A DNA stretch of 56,393 nucleotides, filler included, from Sphacelaria rigidula (taxonomy: Eukaryota), in assembly GCA_964200075.2 (NCBI GenBank). It is 5 parts of 5 records of this genome, joined end to end, with 100 filler letters (N's around TTAATTAATTAA, not from the genome) between each part and the next. Parts side by side here need not be neighbours in the genome. Positions count along the whole stretch, not along the records: positions 33,898 to 45,095 come from CAXNAA020005253.1; positions 45,196 to 56,393 come from CAXNAA020005254.1; 3 more parts are not named here. The stretch is one strand, 5' to 3'. The notes beneath the pieces were generated by a model that saw nothing but the letters and a program-made list of their open reading frames with translations, was not told the origin of the DNA and did not search any database. Within the stretch, counting starts at the first letter, position 1. The number at the start of each line of letters is the position of its first letter. Made by a program: the position numbers and the translations under genes. This document shows positions 35,436 to 47,449 of this stretch, one piece after another.

Positions 35436-38400
35436 AGACAGGAGGAGTAGTGGGGTGGTGCTGTGGTATTCGGGGGGGGGGGGTGTACTCATGATCATGC
35501 ATGCCGTAGTCATCAGACCAATGGTATTTCGGGGGGGGAGATGTTTTTGTTCCATCATTTTCTTCATACCTCGGCTGTCAAAATGGTTGGTTACCGCCGT
35601 CTTTGGGCGGATAGGGCGTTGTTTTCATGTAGGAGAGCAAATAGCCGGTGGCCGAGTGGCTGCTTTTCTTTTCGAGGGGGTGAAAAAAATTGTCGCTTCC
35701 AAGGGGAGGGGCGACGGGAGCCGCGAACGTAACGATGACAATGTGGAGGTTTTCGTTGGTTTGTTATCCATGATGGCGAGACGCTGCGTGCTGGCCTGCA
35801 TCCCTGCGTTCCTCTGTGCTTGAAAGAGGAGGAAGGAGCCCTGGCGTGTCTTCGTCTGTGCGTGTGTTTTTGTGGTTGTGTGTCGAGGCTATTGCTACCC
35901 TTACAGGAGGGTGTGTCGTGTGTGTTAATAGTGATGACGCAAGCATGACAACGTGACAGCGTACGTTTGCAATGTTTGTTTATTTTGCGGCATTTCGAGG
36001 GGGGTTTGTAGTGATTTGGAGCTAGTCAGCATCTGACCCCCCTGTGATTACACTGCAGGAATTAAGTCTTGGCGTTACGTAAATAGTTCCATCATGGTGT
36101 TAGTTTCCTCCCGAACTACTTGTAGCAGCGTTTTTCGGTTCGATTTGATTGGACGACGAATAGTTGTTCATGGCATCGGAGTCGTTGTATGTGCGGGGGG
36201 AATGGGGTAGTACGGATGGTCCAGTGGGGTACATACAAGTTGGGTGTCACTATCTGTTTTTACGGGTTATCGTTTTATCTCGATGCTGTGTAAATGCGTC
36301 GTGTGTTCGATGTTTTTGTTGACGTATTTTTTTGTGCTTCTTTGCTCCATAATGACCCATGAAACTGTCGGGGTTTGTGTCAATTTTTTTCCGCCCCGCG
36401 CTCGATGTATCTCCGGGGAGTGAGTGGGGTGGGCCTGTTGCTTGGACATGCTTTATGTGTCGTGTGTGTTTATGTTTGCATCGGTGCTGTTCATTCGTGC
36501 GCTTTAGAGTTGTGGTGGTATTACATGTATTGCTTGAATGTACTGCGAATCTGAGTTAAATGACTTCAGGTAGCGGTGACTACCACTTGTATGACGTTCT
36601 CGTTGTAATGGCAAGGATCGAAATACTCCACGCAGGGTACCCAAGGCGTTCTTACCGCGGGAGCGTGTTGCATTTTTCGAGGCTTTTCACCTGATCGTCG
36701 GCATTTATTCACACGTCTCCTAGCACTGTACAACACGTGTCCGTTTCATATGTCCATCTTCCTGACCTCGTTCAAAGACGACGGCCGCGCGACATGTTCT
36801 TACTTTCTTGCCGATCGAATCACTGATGGTCATGGGATAGTCGTGCCCGGGTCCGAGACGCTTATTTGTTAGACTTTAGCTAGTTGATCTATATGCGACG
36901 AAAAGTTTGCCGGTCATGATTAAAAAACCTTGGTATCTGCTGTTCTGCCACCTGCGAGAAGAGCCCACGAATGTGTGTTGTCCTTTTTTTCGTCCTATCT
37001 GTGCGAATCAGTAGAGTTTGCGCAAAGGCGTCGCTTCAAATCCACAGTTTTAACAGAGTAAAATTTCGTGGGCTTGATCAATTCGACCTTCAGGAACGTA
37101 GCATGAGTATTTTCATGCGAAGATTTGCCTTGAGCTCTCCCAACAGCGGACAACTCGCTTGCTTGGGGCACCCTCCGCACCCCCCTCTCCCGAGCGAGGA
37201 TTCTCGGTCCGCCCGCGATTGGGAGTTGGGTTGTTGAGGGTTTGACGAAAACAAACGGGTTATCATGTCCAGCGATGAAGTTTGGGTGACGGGTTGAGGT
37301 GACCATGACTTGCGCTAGTGCTGAGCGCCGCCGAACGTCGGCCACCCAGAAGAGTTAGGCTCGTCAGCTGGAGTTGTGGACGCAATGATACACTCGGTGA
37401 AGCCATCGTTCTGTGAACGATGAAGAATATTTGGTATAGATGAACCTTAGCATTGAAAAAACTGCAATTGAGGTGGGTGCCCGGACAACTTGGTTGGATC
37501 GGAAGACGAAACTGCCCTCCTTCCAGTGATATGTGTCATCTGGGGAATAAATGTCTCTTCCACGTGTTCCCGCGTTTCGTGAAGAGTCAGGTTGGTTGGT
37601 GTTTTTCGTCTTTTTCGCATGCATAGCAAACAGTCTGGCGCGAAGCTGCGGTGAGAGCGGAACGCGGTTCGTAGCCCACAAAATAAATTGAGAAAATATC
37701 CGCAGATGAGGTCAGGGGGGTCGAGTCACATATCGCCGGTTATCATAGCCGAAGGAATGCGATTTCACAGCCGCACCCCCATCACCATCTGGTGGTATGC
37801 ACTACATTGTAGGATCATTTTCACGTTCGCGCCATTTCCCAGCCCGTTTTCGAGGAGGAGAAACTGCTTTTTGCGTATGTTACCCTGAGTGAGGCCCAAT
37901 ACAAGTCACCTGTGTCGGATTATTCCTTACTCCACTCGGTTTCACCAGCTTCTTGGGGTCCCCGGCTGTCGGGAAGTCGGGAATGGCGAGGGACCCCCAA
38001 GCAACCAGTGAGACCGAGCGAAGTTTACTGTACTCAAGCACTTACGATCTTGGGCTTGCCTGTGGGCCTATGGGAGGACGGAAGAAATGCGTTAAGGGTC
38101 GCGGCGAAGTGGTGGAGGGCCAGCACGAGGATGGGCTAGCTATTCGACTAGCGAACCTCGAGGACTGACTGTGGATCTGCCGGCGGTGCAGCACGATCAG
38201 AGGTGGGGGGTATAATCGTGTTCGTTCACGACGGTTACAAATACGCTTCCCTGGATCCAGTTGAATTCAGTTTTTTTTTGGAACATAATTGAACGGGTTG
38301 AACCTTGGTGTTTCAATGCTCTGTAAGACACAAAAGCGAAGCTTATGCTTGATGGAGCTCTCAACATCCCCAATACGAAAAACAAATGACGCATGTCGTG

Positions 38401-39255
38401 AAGACATCACCCTATTCGCTCACAGTAGCTTGATTTTTCCGTTTTGTTGGATACCGCGTATGGATGACGGTTGTCCCGTCTGCTGCATCTTGTCGAGATG
38501 CAATCTGACTGAACCGTGTCTATTGTGAAACATTACACTGTATAGTACTGAACTCAAACCGAGCTGGTGCTGGGTCAATTGCTCTTCGCTCGAAGTCAAG
38601 CCGCCGCATGCTGTGTTTACCTTTCCTTCACATGAAATCGCGTTCCCAGAGCGTTTATGCCAAGACCAAGTAGCTTACGACAAATTGTCCACAACATGGT
38701 GCTTCCAACCGGGAGTCTAATACATGATGCAATAGTTGAAACGGGACTTGTGCGCAGAGAAATGGAAAGATAAGATTGCATCCCTCATGTAGAAATATTC
38801 ATGTAAATACCTATTGTGGGGTCAAGGACATATGTTTGCATGCACGAGTGACAGCCGAACTTTCGTTTGCCTGCCAGGTTTCGGTGTTCATCATCTCGCT
38901 ATTCGCGCTTTAGCAACGTTTATGTAGAGAACGAGCTATGCTACCCATTCTATCTGGAACAAATGAACCAAATGTGATATATGTAGTCCCGTATACTAAG
39001 CTTGTAACACTCTCGGTCTAGGAACAGGGGTTCCACATGACGTTTTCCTTGTATTTCTCACTCTGTTTTGAAGAGTTATCGGGAGACGAGCACGTACATA
39101 CGTACGTGTTTCTGATGGACAGCCCTAAGGCGTTACTGATGGATATTTCAGCATTTCTCTCGGTTTGATCGGGTTCTCAAGAGTCCCTGTCCCCACATCT
39201 CGGCCATGACCTGAACAAGCCGGTGAAACCACGTTGGAAAATGCCCTTGAACCCT

Positions 39256-39604
39256 TGTTAGTGCTGTCGTAAAGGCTGGCGCTGGTGGCGGTTCAGCCGA
39301 TCGAATAGACACACCGTGTTACAAGTATGGGCAGAATGTCGTGTGAAAGGTGTCGCGTGCGAGAAAAAACGTCCGGAACTCCCCACTATGGCGTACAGTC
39401 TGCAGAAGAGTACAAGGGGCAGGCCACGCCCGCTTCAGGCTGAAGTGTCGGTGACAGTGCTGCGGTGATCTACGATGCTGTCACCCGCATCTCCCACTGC
39501 ACACGTGTGCTATTGGAAGAGGCTATGATATTTGTTCCTTGATCTCACGCGGAATACCGCGTTACGAAGCACTTACTCACGAGCTCCAAAGTCTCATTTC
39601 CTCA
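39256..39604 (-). repeat. Putative 3' LTR of the copia element
   Basis: On the minus strand, polypurine tract GAGGGGGGGGCG is followed by TGAGG...; candidate end ...CTAACA. No second LTR to confirm the distal boundary. Confidence 0.5.
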
Positions 39605-42135
39605 CGCCCCCCCCTCAACGCAAGTACCCGCTGGTTATAAGCTTCAAAAGGAGTGTTCACCACTCGGCACAACCATCCCAGCACGGTGTTCTGTTTACGT
39701 CACTCAGATAAAATAATTAGAACAAATCCTAGCGCTCAACTGGGATCAAGCTTTGAACTTATCGATCGCCTTGACGAGGAAGCTGTGCTTGTGTTTGCTC
39801 AGATGATTCGTGCCCTTTTTGACAAGTTGGTCCTTGTTTTTGACGTGACGGACGCTGATTCTTCCTTCCTTGAACAATTCCTGGATGGAGAGAGTACCGC
39901 AGAGCCACATACTTGCCGTGCGAGCTGTATGTTGGGTTGCGGGCAACGTGAAGAGACGAGGCGTTATCGATGTAGACGGGAATGGAATCGGAGCACGCTT
40001 GGAGCCCCAGCTCGCGCACCATGTCCGAGCTAAATACGACCTCCTTCATACTGTATGTAGTGCTGCGGCCACGAGCTCTGAGTCCATCGTCGTTTGCGCC
40101 GTCTGTCCTTGTAACCCCGCCTTGAAGCTGATCGGGCCATTCGAAAAAATACAAGATATCCGGGTTCTTATCCCTGCTTACGTCGGAGCACGACCTTAGG
40201 TTGAAACCGCCTCTTTTATATGTGATGTTGTGGATTGTCGTCCCGAACAGCTACCGGAGCAGGCATTTGGCCACCGCCATGTATGCCTTAGACGATCTGG
40301 ACATCGCCCGCGCCAACTGATTAACGGCGTACGTAATGTCACAGGGAGTCACCCGTCCGAGGTACACAACGCTGCCCGTGATGGCCTGAAAATGCTACTT
40401 ATACTCCTTGTTCAGTAGCTTTCCTGCGGCTGACCTAGTAAAAGTTTTCTTCCTATACCCCAGGAGTGTACGACGAGCTTCAGCTCGCCTTTCCTGATGC
40501 ATAGTAGCCATCTTCTCGCGGGCACGGAAAACCCCTATCCTGAGCACCAAGGGCACGGCTTCAATGTAGGTCATCGAGAAACGTCCCATTAGTTTCCGCT
40601 TGGTCTTGTCCAGCACTTTGAGGTATTCCCCGAGTAGTAAAATATCATTCGCGTACAAGGTTAAGATGTAGATATCGCTGCTCACTGAGTAGATGTATCG
40701 CAAGAGTACGACTTGAGACTCTTGAAACCGATCCCCGCCGGATGTTTGTCGACCGTGCCCCTCCAGCAGTTTCGGCTTTGACGAGGGCTGCAGAGGCTCT
40801 CACGAAGTCGCATTACCATCGGAACTCCGCTGGCTTCGAACTCCTCGTATCCGGGCAATGTTACATACACTTCCTCCTCAAGTTCGGCGCTCAGAAAAAT
40901 TGTGTTGTAGTCCAGCTGCCAGCACTCTAGGTTGTACTCTGCCGCTATGGCCAAAACCATACGGATGGTCTAAATCCTGCAGACCGGAGCGAGCGTGCTG
41001 CCGCAGTCGACACCAGGGACAGTTCCTCAGCTCAGCACGACGACTCGACCCTTGCAGCAGTTATCTGTTTTCTTCTTGTAGATCCATCGAGAACCAATCA
41101 CCTTGCTTCCGGTTGGGACGGCGGTATCCAGCACGAGGGTGTTCACCTTGTTCGTCTTGAGGCTTGCCAATTCGTTGTCTGAGGTCGCCCTCCAGTGTCC
41201 CTTCGCCAGCAGGCTCACGTCGTCATTGTACGTGTGAGGAATCTTCCGGCTTTCTCCCCCATCGAACAGTTTGAGAGGCTGGGCATTGTGTAAAACGGTT
41301 TCATGGCGGGTTGTACGACGTACATCTGGTGCACGAGATCCGGTAGGAGTGCGTTGATGTAGAGTGTAATGGGTGAGAGGGCCGCGTGCGTAGAGGACCG
41401 CGCCGTAGTTAAAAAATACCTCAGGATCGATGTTCTTCAAAACCGATCGGGCCCGTCCCTGCAGGAACCACGCCCCTGACCCTGACCCTAACACTAACCC
41501 AAATCCTAACCATGGGGATGTTCAAATTCCGATGCGGTCCTCTAAGCACGCGGTCCTCTCACGCATTACCTAGAGCCCCCGCTGCCGTAGCTCGGAAAGG
41601 GTGTTGTCGTCCGCGATCGGTGCAAGAGGAGCGGATTCCCCAAAGTAGCGCGCTTCGATGAGCGGGGCACCGTCGTGTAGCATGTTCCGCCTGGTAATGA
41701 CGCTGACTCTCATCCGAAGCTCGATCACCTGTGGATTGCTCGAGTCCCCGCTGGCAGTGACATGTTTGGCGAAGATGAAAGCCGGTTGAACCAGTACGGA
41801 GGTGTGGTCGCGAAGGTCACGCAGGAGTTCGTCGTCAGTGGCGTAGGTGTGTCCCATACTGTCACCAGGTTCCTCGTCGCTGGGTCAGAGCGGATGTATC
41901 AGGAACTGTGGCTAACCCAGCGGCGCAAGGAGTGACGGTGTCTCGATGAAAACGACCTTCCTGCTCTCCATGTCACGTCGGGTGGCCGGATTGTAAACGC
42001 GAGAGCTCTTGCTGTCGTCGCTGTACCCAACCAATCGTCCTCCAACTGCCTTGAGAGCGAGTTCTTTTTGGGTTTACCGTGCGATATGTACGGAAGACCT
42101 CGCTCCGATAGCGTGAAGATGCCCCAGCGATCGCA
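39605..42135 (-). mobile_element. Decayed Ty1/copia LTR retrotransposon (integrase C-terminus, RT, RNase H)
   Basis: KAVGGRLVGYSDDSKSSRVYNP...SRKVVFIET; KVIGSRWIYKKK...KGRVV; WQLDYNTIFLSAELEEEVYV; LYANDILL; IPVYIDNASSLHVARNP; INT-RT-RH order; multiple frameshifts. Confidence 0.92.
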
Positions 42136-43899
42136 ACGGAGTCTGATGTCAGTAGAACAACATCTCGGACGTTGTCAGTTGCTGGACTTAGTTTAGAATC
42201 TCTTCATGACTATGGCATGCAAGATCATGAGTACGCGGTCACTTGCTGCTCCAGACACACTTCGGGTATCCAAGCTCAATACCCCAAACTCAAACGCTGC
42301 GGGGTCGCTTGTGTCATGCCCGTTGAACGCTACCCTGAGCTCTGGACCAAATGCCAAGAAATCGAGCATAGCATCGGGATAGAACAGAGCCGTGACGGGT
42401 GGCGACAGGCTATACACCTTCCAGCGGTGGATCTTGATCGCACATGCGCGGAAAATCGGGGAAAATGAGTACAAAAAAAACTGCCGCGGAATGGACTATC
42501 CCTACGGTTGATGTGATGTCAACATATGCGAGGAGGCACAGGGGGCGCTGGACATTCATCCTATTTTCGTCTCAACAACTTGAATCAGAAGGGCGATGAG
42601 AACGCTCGTCATCTCCAGGTTCCCGTCACGATGGGTTACAAAGACGTGCCGTGGCGTCTGCAACCTGTCGAGGTGCGTGCGCAAGGCTCCGGCGATGACG
42701 GCGCCGGGCAAGCCACTCGAACGCCCACTCGAACACCTCCGGCCAACTAGCGGTTGGCAGTGGGGCACAACGAGCAGAGGTTCGATTTCGAGGTAGGGGG
42801 GTGGGTGGGTTGGTGGGGGCGTGGACAACAGGTGGTCACGGAGACGACGGCTACCCCCATGGATGTATGTTCGGTAACTTCTGCGTGTATGGAAATCGAA
42901 TATCAACAAACATGCCTGCATACATTCGGATACGCATATCACGTAAAGTAGCAGCATTTCTGCGGGTCCTCAGTCTTGAAAAAAAAGTTGAACATGTCCA
43001 GCAAACAGTTGGGGCAAAAAAACAGGAAGATTCATGCGCATACACATGAATCAGCGTGGAAAAGGGGGTAGAAGTGCCTGTGCTGTGGTACAGTTATCCA
43101 CGCACAGGAAGCACCCCACAACCCGAAAGATAAACTTCAAGTGATATACTTGGAATACATCTATCTTCCACTAAAGTTCTGAACCTACAGGGATTAAGAC
43201 GGTTGTTCGGAGACGAGCACACCACAGTACAAGACGGTCAAGACGGTCAATCCACTAGACACAGCGATGAAACCGGTGGTAACATGGACAGGTAGTAAGA
43301 CTTCCGTCAACAGCTCAACCGTTAAGGCACATTTACGCGAGACGATCGACAACTTTCATGATTGAAAATAAAATGTTTTTGTCAAACACTGACGCTAGCT
43401 CTAACCCCGATCTTGAGCCAAGCTATACCGAGAACCCGCAGGCAAAAAGGTGGGGTAAACAAAGGATGCCTCAGTCAAGCGGCCCGTTGTTGAAGTTGAA
43501 ATCCGCGCCGATTTGAGCAGAAAATCCGCCCAGCGCACGCCTCGTAGGCACCTGAGACTGTCAGACCCCCCAGAGATATGAGTATGACAGACTCCGCTAA
43601 ACCCGAGTATTGATTCAACCGTGGATGATGTCGACTAGATCGCGTATAATCTACTGAACCATTTACACAAGGTAGATCGCGTTGGCATCCCCGCTGGTGG
43701 CAGTATCCTCCACCCTCACTTTTAGGAAAGCTGTGCTGCTACTTGTACTTTTTCCATTCTGTACAGTAGTTATACGGCTTGGTTTCAGGATAACGCGCAC
43801 ATGTCGCCAAATTTGAGCAGACAGTGTTTTCTTGTTGCAGTATACACTTACTTGCGTACCGTACACATGATGAGCAAATGCAAGCGTATAGAGACGGGT

Positions 43900-44400
43900 C
43901 ATTCTCGAGCACCAACTTTGAATTATGGTCGCCACTGCCCTACAGGACGAACTACGTGTGCCGAAGCGCATCAAGTTAAGAGGGCTGGTCGTACAAAAGT
44001 GCAAGGAGGCTGGCCGGCCTGTAAAGCACTGTGTGCTGCAAACAGAACCCGCGTGTGCTAGGGACTGTCCCACGCAAGGGAGAACTAAGGAAGTGAGCTG
44101 TCTACGGTGTAGAATGAAGATCCAAGACTCGCAGCAAGATTGGGCCGCTGCCGCGAAGGACGCTGGTAGATACTTCTCGGGGATTGGGAAAGGGGCGGAG
44201 GAGTATGGGAGGCGTGGCAATGTGAAGACGTACGCCGATGTGGCCCACGTCACACGCAAGAGGCTGTTGCCTTGAGAGCCGCCAGCACAAAAGTGAAGGA
44301 GTCGCCACCGCTGCCAAAAGCAAAAGTGGCGACAGTTCGCGAGGAATCTGGGATGGGAATGGTCGAGAGAGTGGCTCGCCTTGTCCCTGACTACTCGTAA
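43900..44400 (+). mobile_element. Decayed RTE-type LINE 3' fragment
   Basis: DELRVPKRIKLRGLV...GRPVKH...DWAAAAKDAGRYFSGIGKGAEEY resembles the RTE ORF C-terminus. Confidence 0.6.
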
Positions 44401-45095
44401 GGATGAGTAGGGCACGAGGGGGTAGCAAGAAAACTGATATCACGCCCCTAATTTGTTCTCTTGGTTGTTGATTTCTTTTCTTGGCTTGCAACGCTAGCGA
44501 TGATCCCTAGCTAGCTGACTTCTGTCCCTTTTTCCTTCCCTTTAAGTTTCTCCCTTTCTTCCATCCTCCCTTGTTCCTCGAAATGCCGTACTAGCCTTCG
44601 TGCGTCGCTCCTGCAAAGCTCATGGGCGGGAGTTCCTGCGGAAACAGTGTGACTCCCAGATAGCGGAGATGCAACGGCACTTTTCACGATACCCCCCCCC
44701 CAAAAAAAAAACGAGCCCAAAAGTGTCACGAAAAAAGTGGTCATACAGGGCCGGATGTTTGGGCTCAGGCTGCATGGAGCGCCTCATATGGGCGACGTTG
44801 GCGAGAACGAACCCGAGCGTGGGAATTCCCAGCTGCTTGTTGTGCTCAGCTTTTTCCGTTGCGATTTACGTCAAGATTTTGCCTCCCCAAACCAGGCACT
44901 TTTTTTTGTGGGGGGCTATCGTAGAAAGTGTCCAACCTGCTTCCGTGGTCTTGTCCTTTTTTTGTGTTTTTCATAGGACCCCCCTATCTGAGTCACTCCG
45001 GAAGAAGCTTGCCAAGGTTTTTAGAGGCGGGACAAGGTACACTGGAAACGGGGAGGGGGGAATAAGGAAGAGAATAGAAAAGAGGGAAGGACGAG

Positions 45096-45195
45096 NNNNN
45101 NNNNNNNNNNNNNNNNNNNNNNNNNNNNNNNNNNNNNNNTTAATTAATTAANNNNNNNNNNNNNNNNNNNNNNNNNNNNNNNNNNNNNNNNNNNN
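45096..45195. other. Artificial contig linker
   Basis: Same 100-nt N/TTAATTAATTAA linker. Confidence 0.98.
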
Positions 45196-46696
45196 GAAAG
45201 TGTGGGGAAAGCACTGTTTTAGACTTGAACCTCATCCCGGAGTCAAACCTCAATTCGCACAATTTGTTGTTGTATATATATTGTCGCGTTGTGGATGTGA
45301 CTGACGAGAAAACATATTGATGCGATGCGAGTATTACTACAAAACACGCCATGCTATGCATGGTGTACGACGTAGTGACACAACCGCCTTCTATTTTGAA
45401 CTTCTGGCTAGTCGCCTTGGAGGAGGCAGCCTCAGTCCACCGTTGCCCTGATGTTTTCACGAACAGAGGCTCGAGGTGTGGGAGCCAGGTTGCAAAGCGC
45501 TCAGCAGAGTGCAGTATATCAATATAGACCCAATACTGTGACAGCAGCAGTCATCGAATCCAGGTGTCCACACAAACAAAACAGATTATCTCCTTCTAAT
45601 TCACAATACGAACCGGAGCCAGTAGTTCCCCCAAGACCACAACTCTCCAGTAAGGACTCACTTGGAACTCAGAGCAACGGCGGCAAGGCTGATGTTATCC
45701 TGGGCCCAAAATGAAGTGAGCTCAGATGCGCTCGAGGCGCCAGCGTGACCTCACGCAGGAATGATATCAGTAACTAATCATGATACAGTAGCCAAATATC
45801 AGATATCCTCCATCCAACGAACGTTCCGGGAATACTGTCCGTGTGCACATTATCATTCGATGTGAAGACATCAACGACACTGTGTCTCCCATCGAGTGTC
45901 CGGAACACATTGTATATCTGTATCTTCCAACAAGCTGACGAGCCATGGTAGCCAACCAAGAATCATATCTGACGTTCATTTACTCCGACATCCCGGGCGC
46001 TATGATAACTCATCGGCGCTAGTTCCTTCAGATGCCATAACAATAGCCCACTCTAAAAGGTGAGCATGCAGACGTTCGAAGAGCTTCGAAGGCTCACATT
46101 TTACCATTATCTCCCACACCAAAAAAAAAGAAAACAAGGGCAAAGAACTCCCGCAGCATGACAAATGATTGAGTTCCAGCCGCGGCCCAGGGTCCATGTG
46201 GTTGCGCGATCGGCCAGGCTCTAGTACACACCGAGGAGGCGCTTGGCCTGTCAACCACAACCTATAAGACAAACAGGTCACCCGCCGGACGGTCAAACTC
46301 AACCCATCAACATCAAATACAGAAAAGCTACACGCCGCCGATAACATTTGCGCTTTAGGCGGATGGTCTCACGACCAACACTCTAGAAACCCACTCAAGC
46401 CGGACTATTCCTCAGACAACAGGAACTGTTTTTTCGTCAGTCGAACGGACATCAAGGAGGAGCGCAACACTCGCGATAGGATTTTACGGTAATCGGTTTC
46501 AAGGGGTCCGCAAGACATAACGATCAAGAAGACATCACTTTCAACATTGAGATAGTGCATGCAAAAACTCATACCGGTGGAAAGACCAACGAGACAGCTC
46601 GCGGTTTATGATCTCGGAGCGGCAGTGGCCGATTGAAGCTTCAGGATCTTGCAGCGATAATCGCCGCGCGGTGCGTACTGAGTAAGATCGCGGGGA

Positions 46697-47120
46697 GTGG
46701 TCATCCGTTTTCGCACACGCCGACACACAAAAGCCACCGTCGTCATACCCAAAACACGTGACAATTTGCTGAGGAAGCCCTTCGGGTATCGGTCATTCGT
46801 TGGCACAAATGTCGAACACACGGCCGGTTATATAAAGGAACACTTACTGAGGAAGCCCTTCGGGTATCGGTCATCCGTTTTCGCAAATGGTCGGTTGAAG
46901 AGAAGGGACGGGGTGTCCCGGGTCCAACGATTCACGAGGGAGTGAAAGTCGTGGAGACGCGAGAACAAAACAAGAAAAAGAAAAAAAACGAGAAAAAAAC
47001 GTATAATGGACACCGACACATGACAAATTTGCTGAGGAAGCCCTTAGGGTATCGGTCATCCGTTGGCACAAATGTCGAGCACACAGCCGGTCATCCGTTT
47101 CGCAAATGTTCGGTTTAAGA
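46697..47120. repeat. Shuffled direct-repeat modules next to the gypsy relic
   Basis: CTGAGGAAGCCCTT(C/A)GGGTATCGGTCAT three times (about 46769, 46847, 47032); GGTCATCCGTTT(T)CGCA several times. Confidence 0.75.
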
Positions 47121-47449
47121 GAAGAGACGGAGAGTCTCGGGTCCAACAGGCCACTAGAACCGCCTGTGATAGTGGCTGCCGTGAAGGTCGGAGAGACGCA
47201 GGGACAAGAACAAGAAAAACCGAAACACTGAAAAAGAGAAAAAGTTGGCTGAGACTCTCACAGCTAGCAAGGAGCAAGTGCAGGGAGTACCCTAGCATAA
47301 AATGGATGACAGTGGAGGGAAAGACTACAATCGTAGTCTCTGTTCTCCAGAAACGTCGAGCCAAACGAGGACGGAATAGTGAAGTTGCGAGAGATTCGCA
47401 ACTCACAACCCAATACGATGAAGACACACACGTCCTCAAGATATCACTA

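Noticed and set aside
46760..46815. Hammerhead ribozyme (CUGAGGA plus stems)
   Set aside because: The required GAAA and NUH cleavage triplet are missing, and the motif is antisense to the adjacent retroelement.
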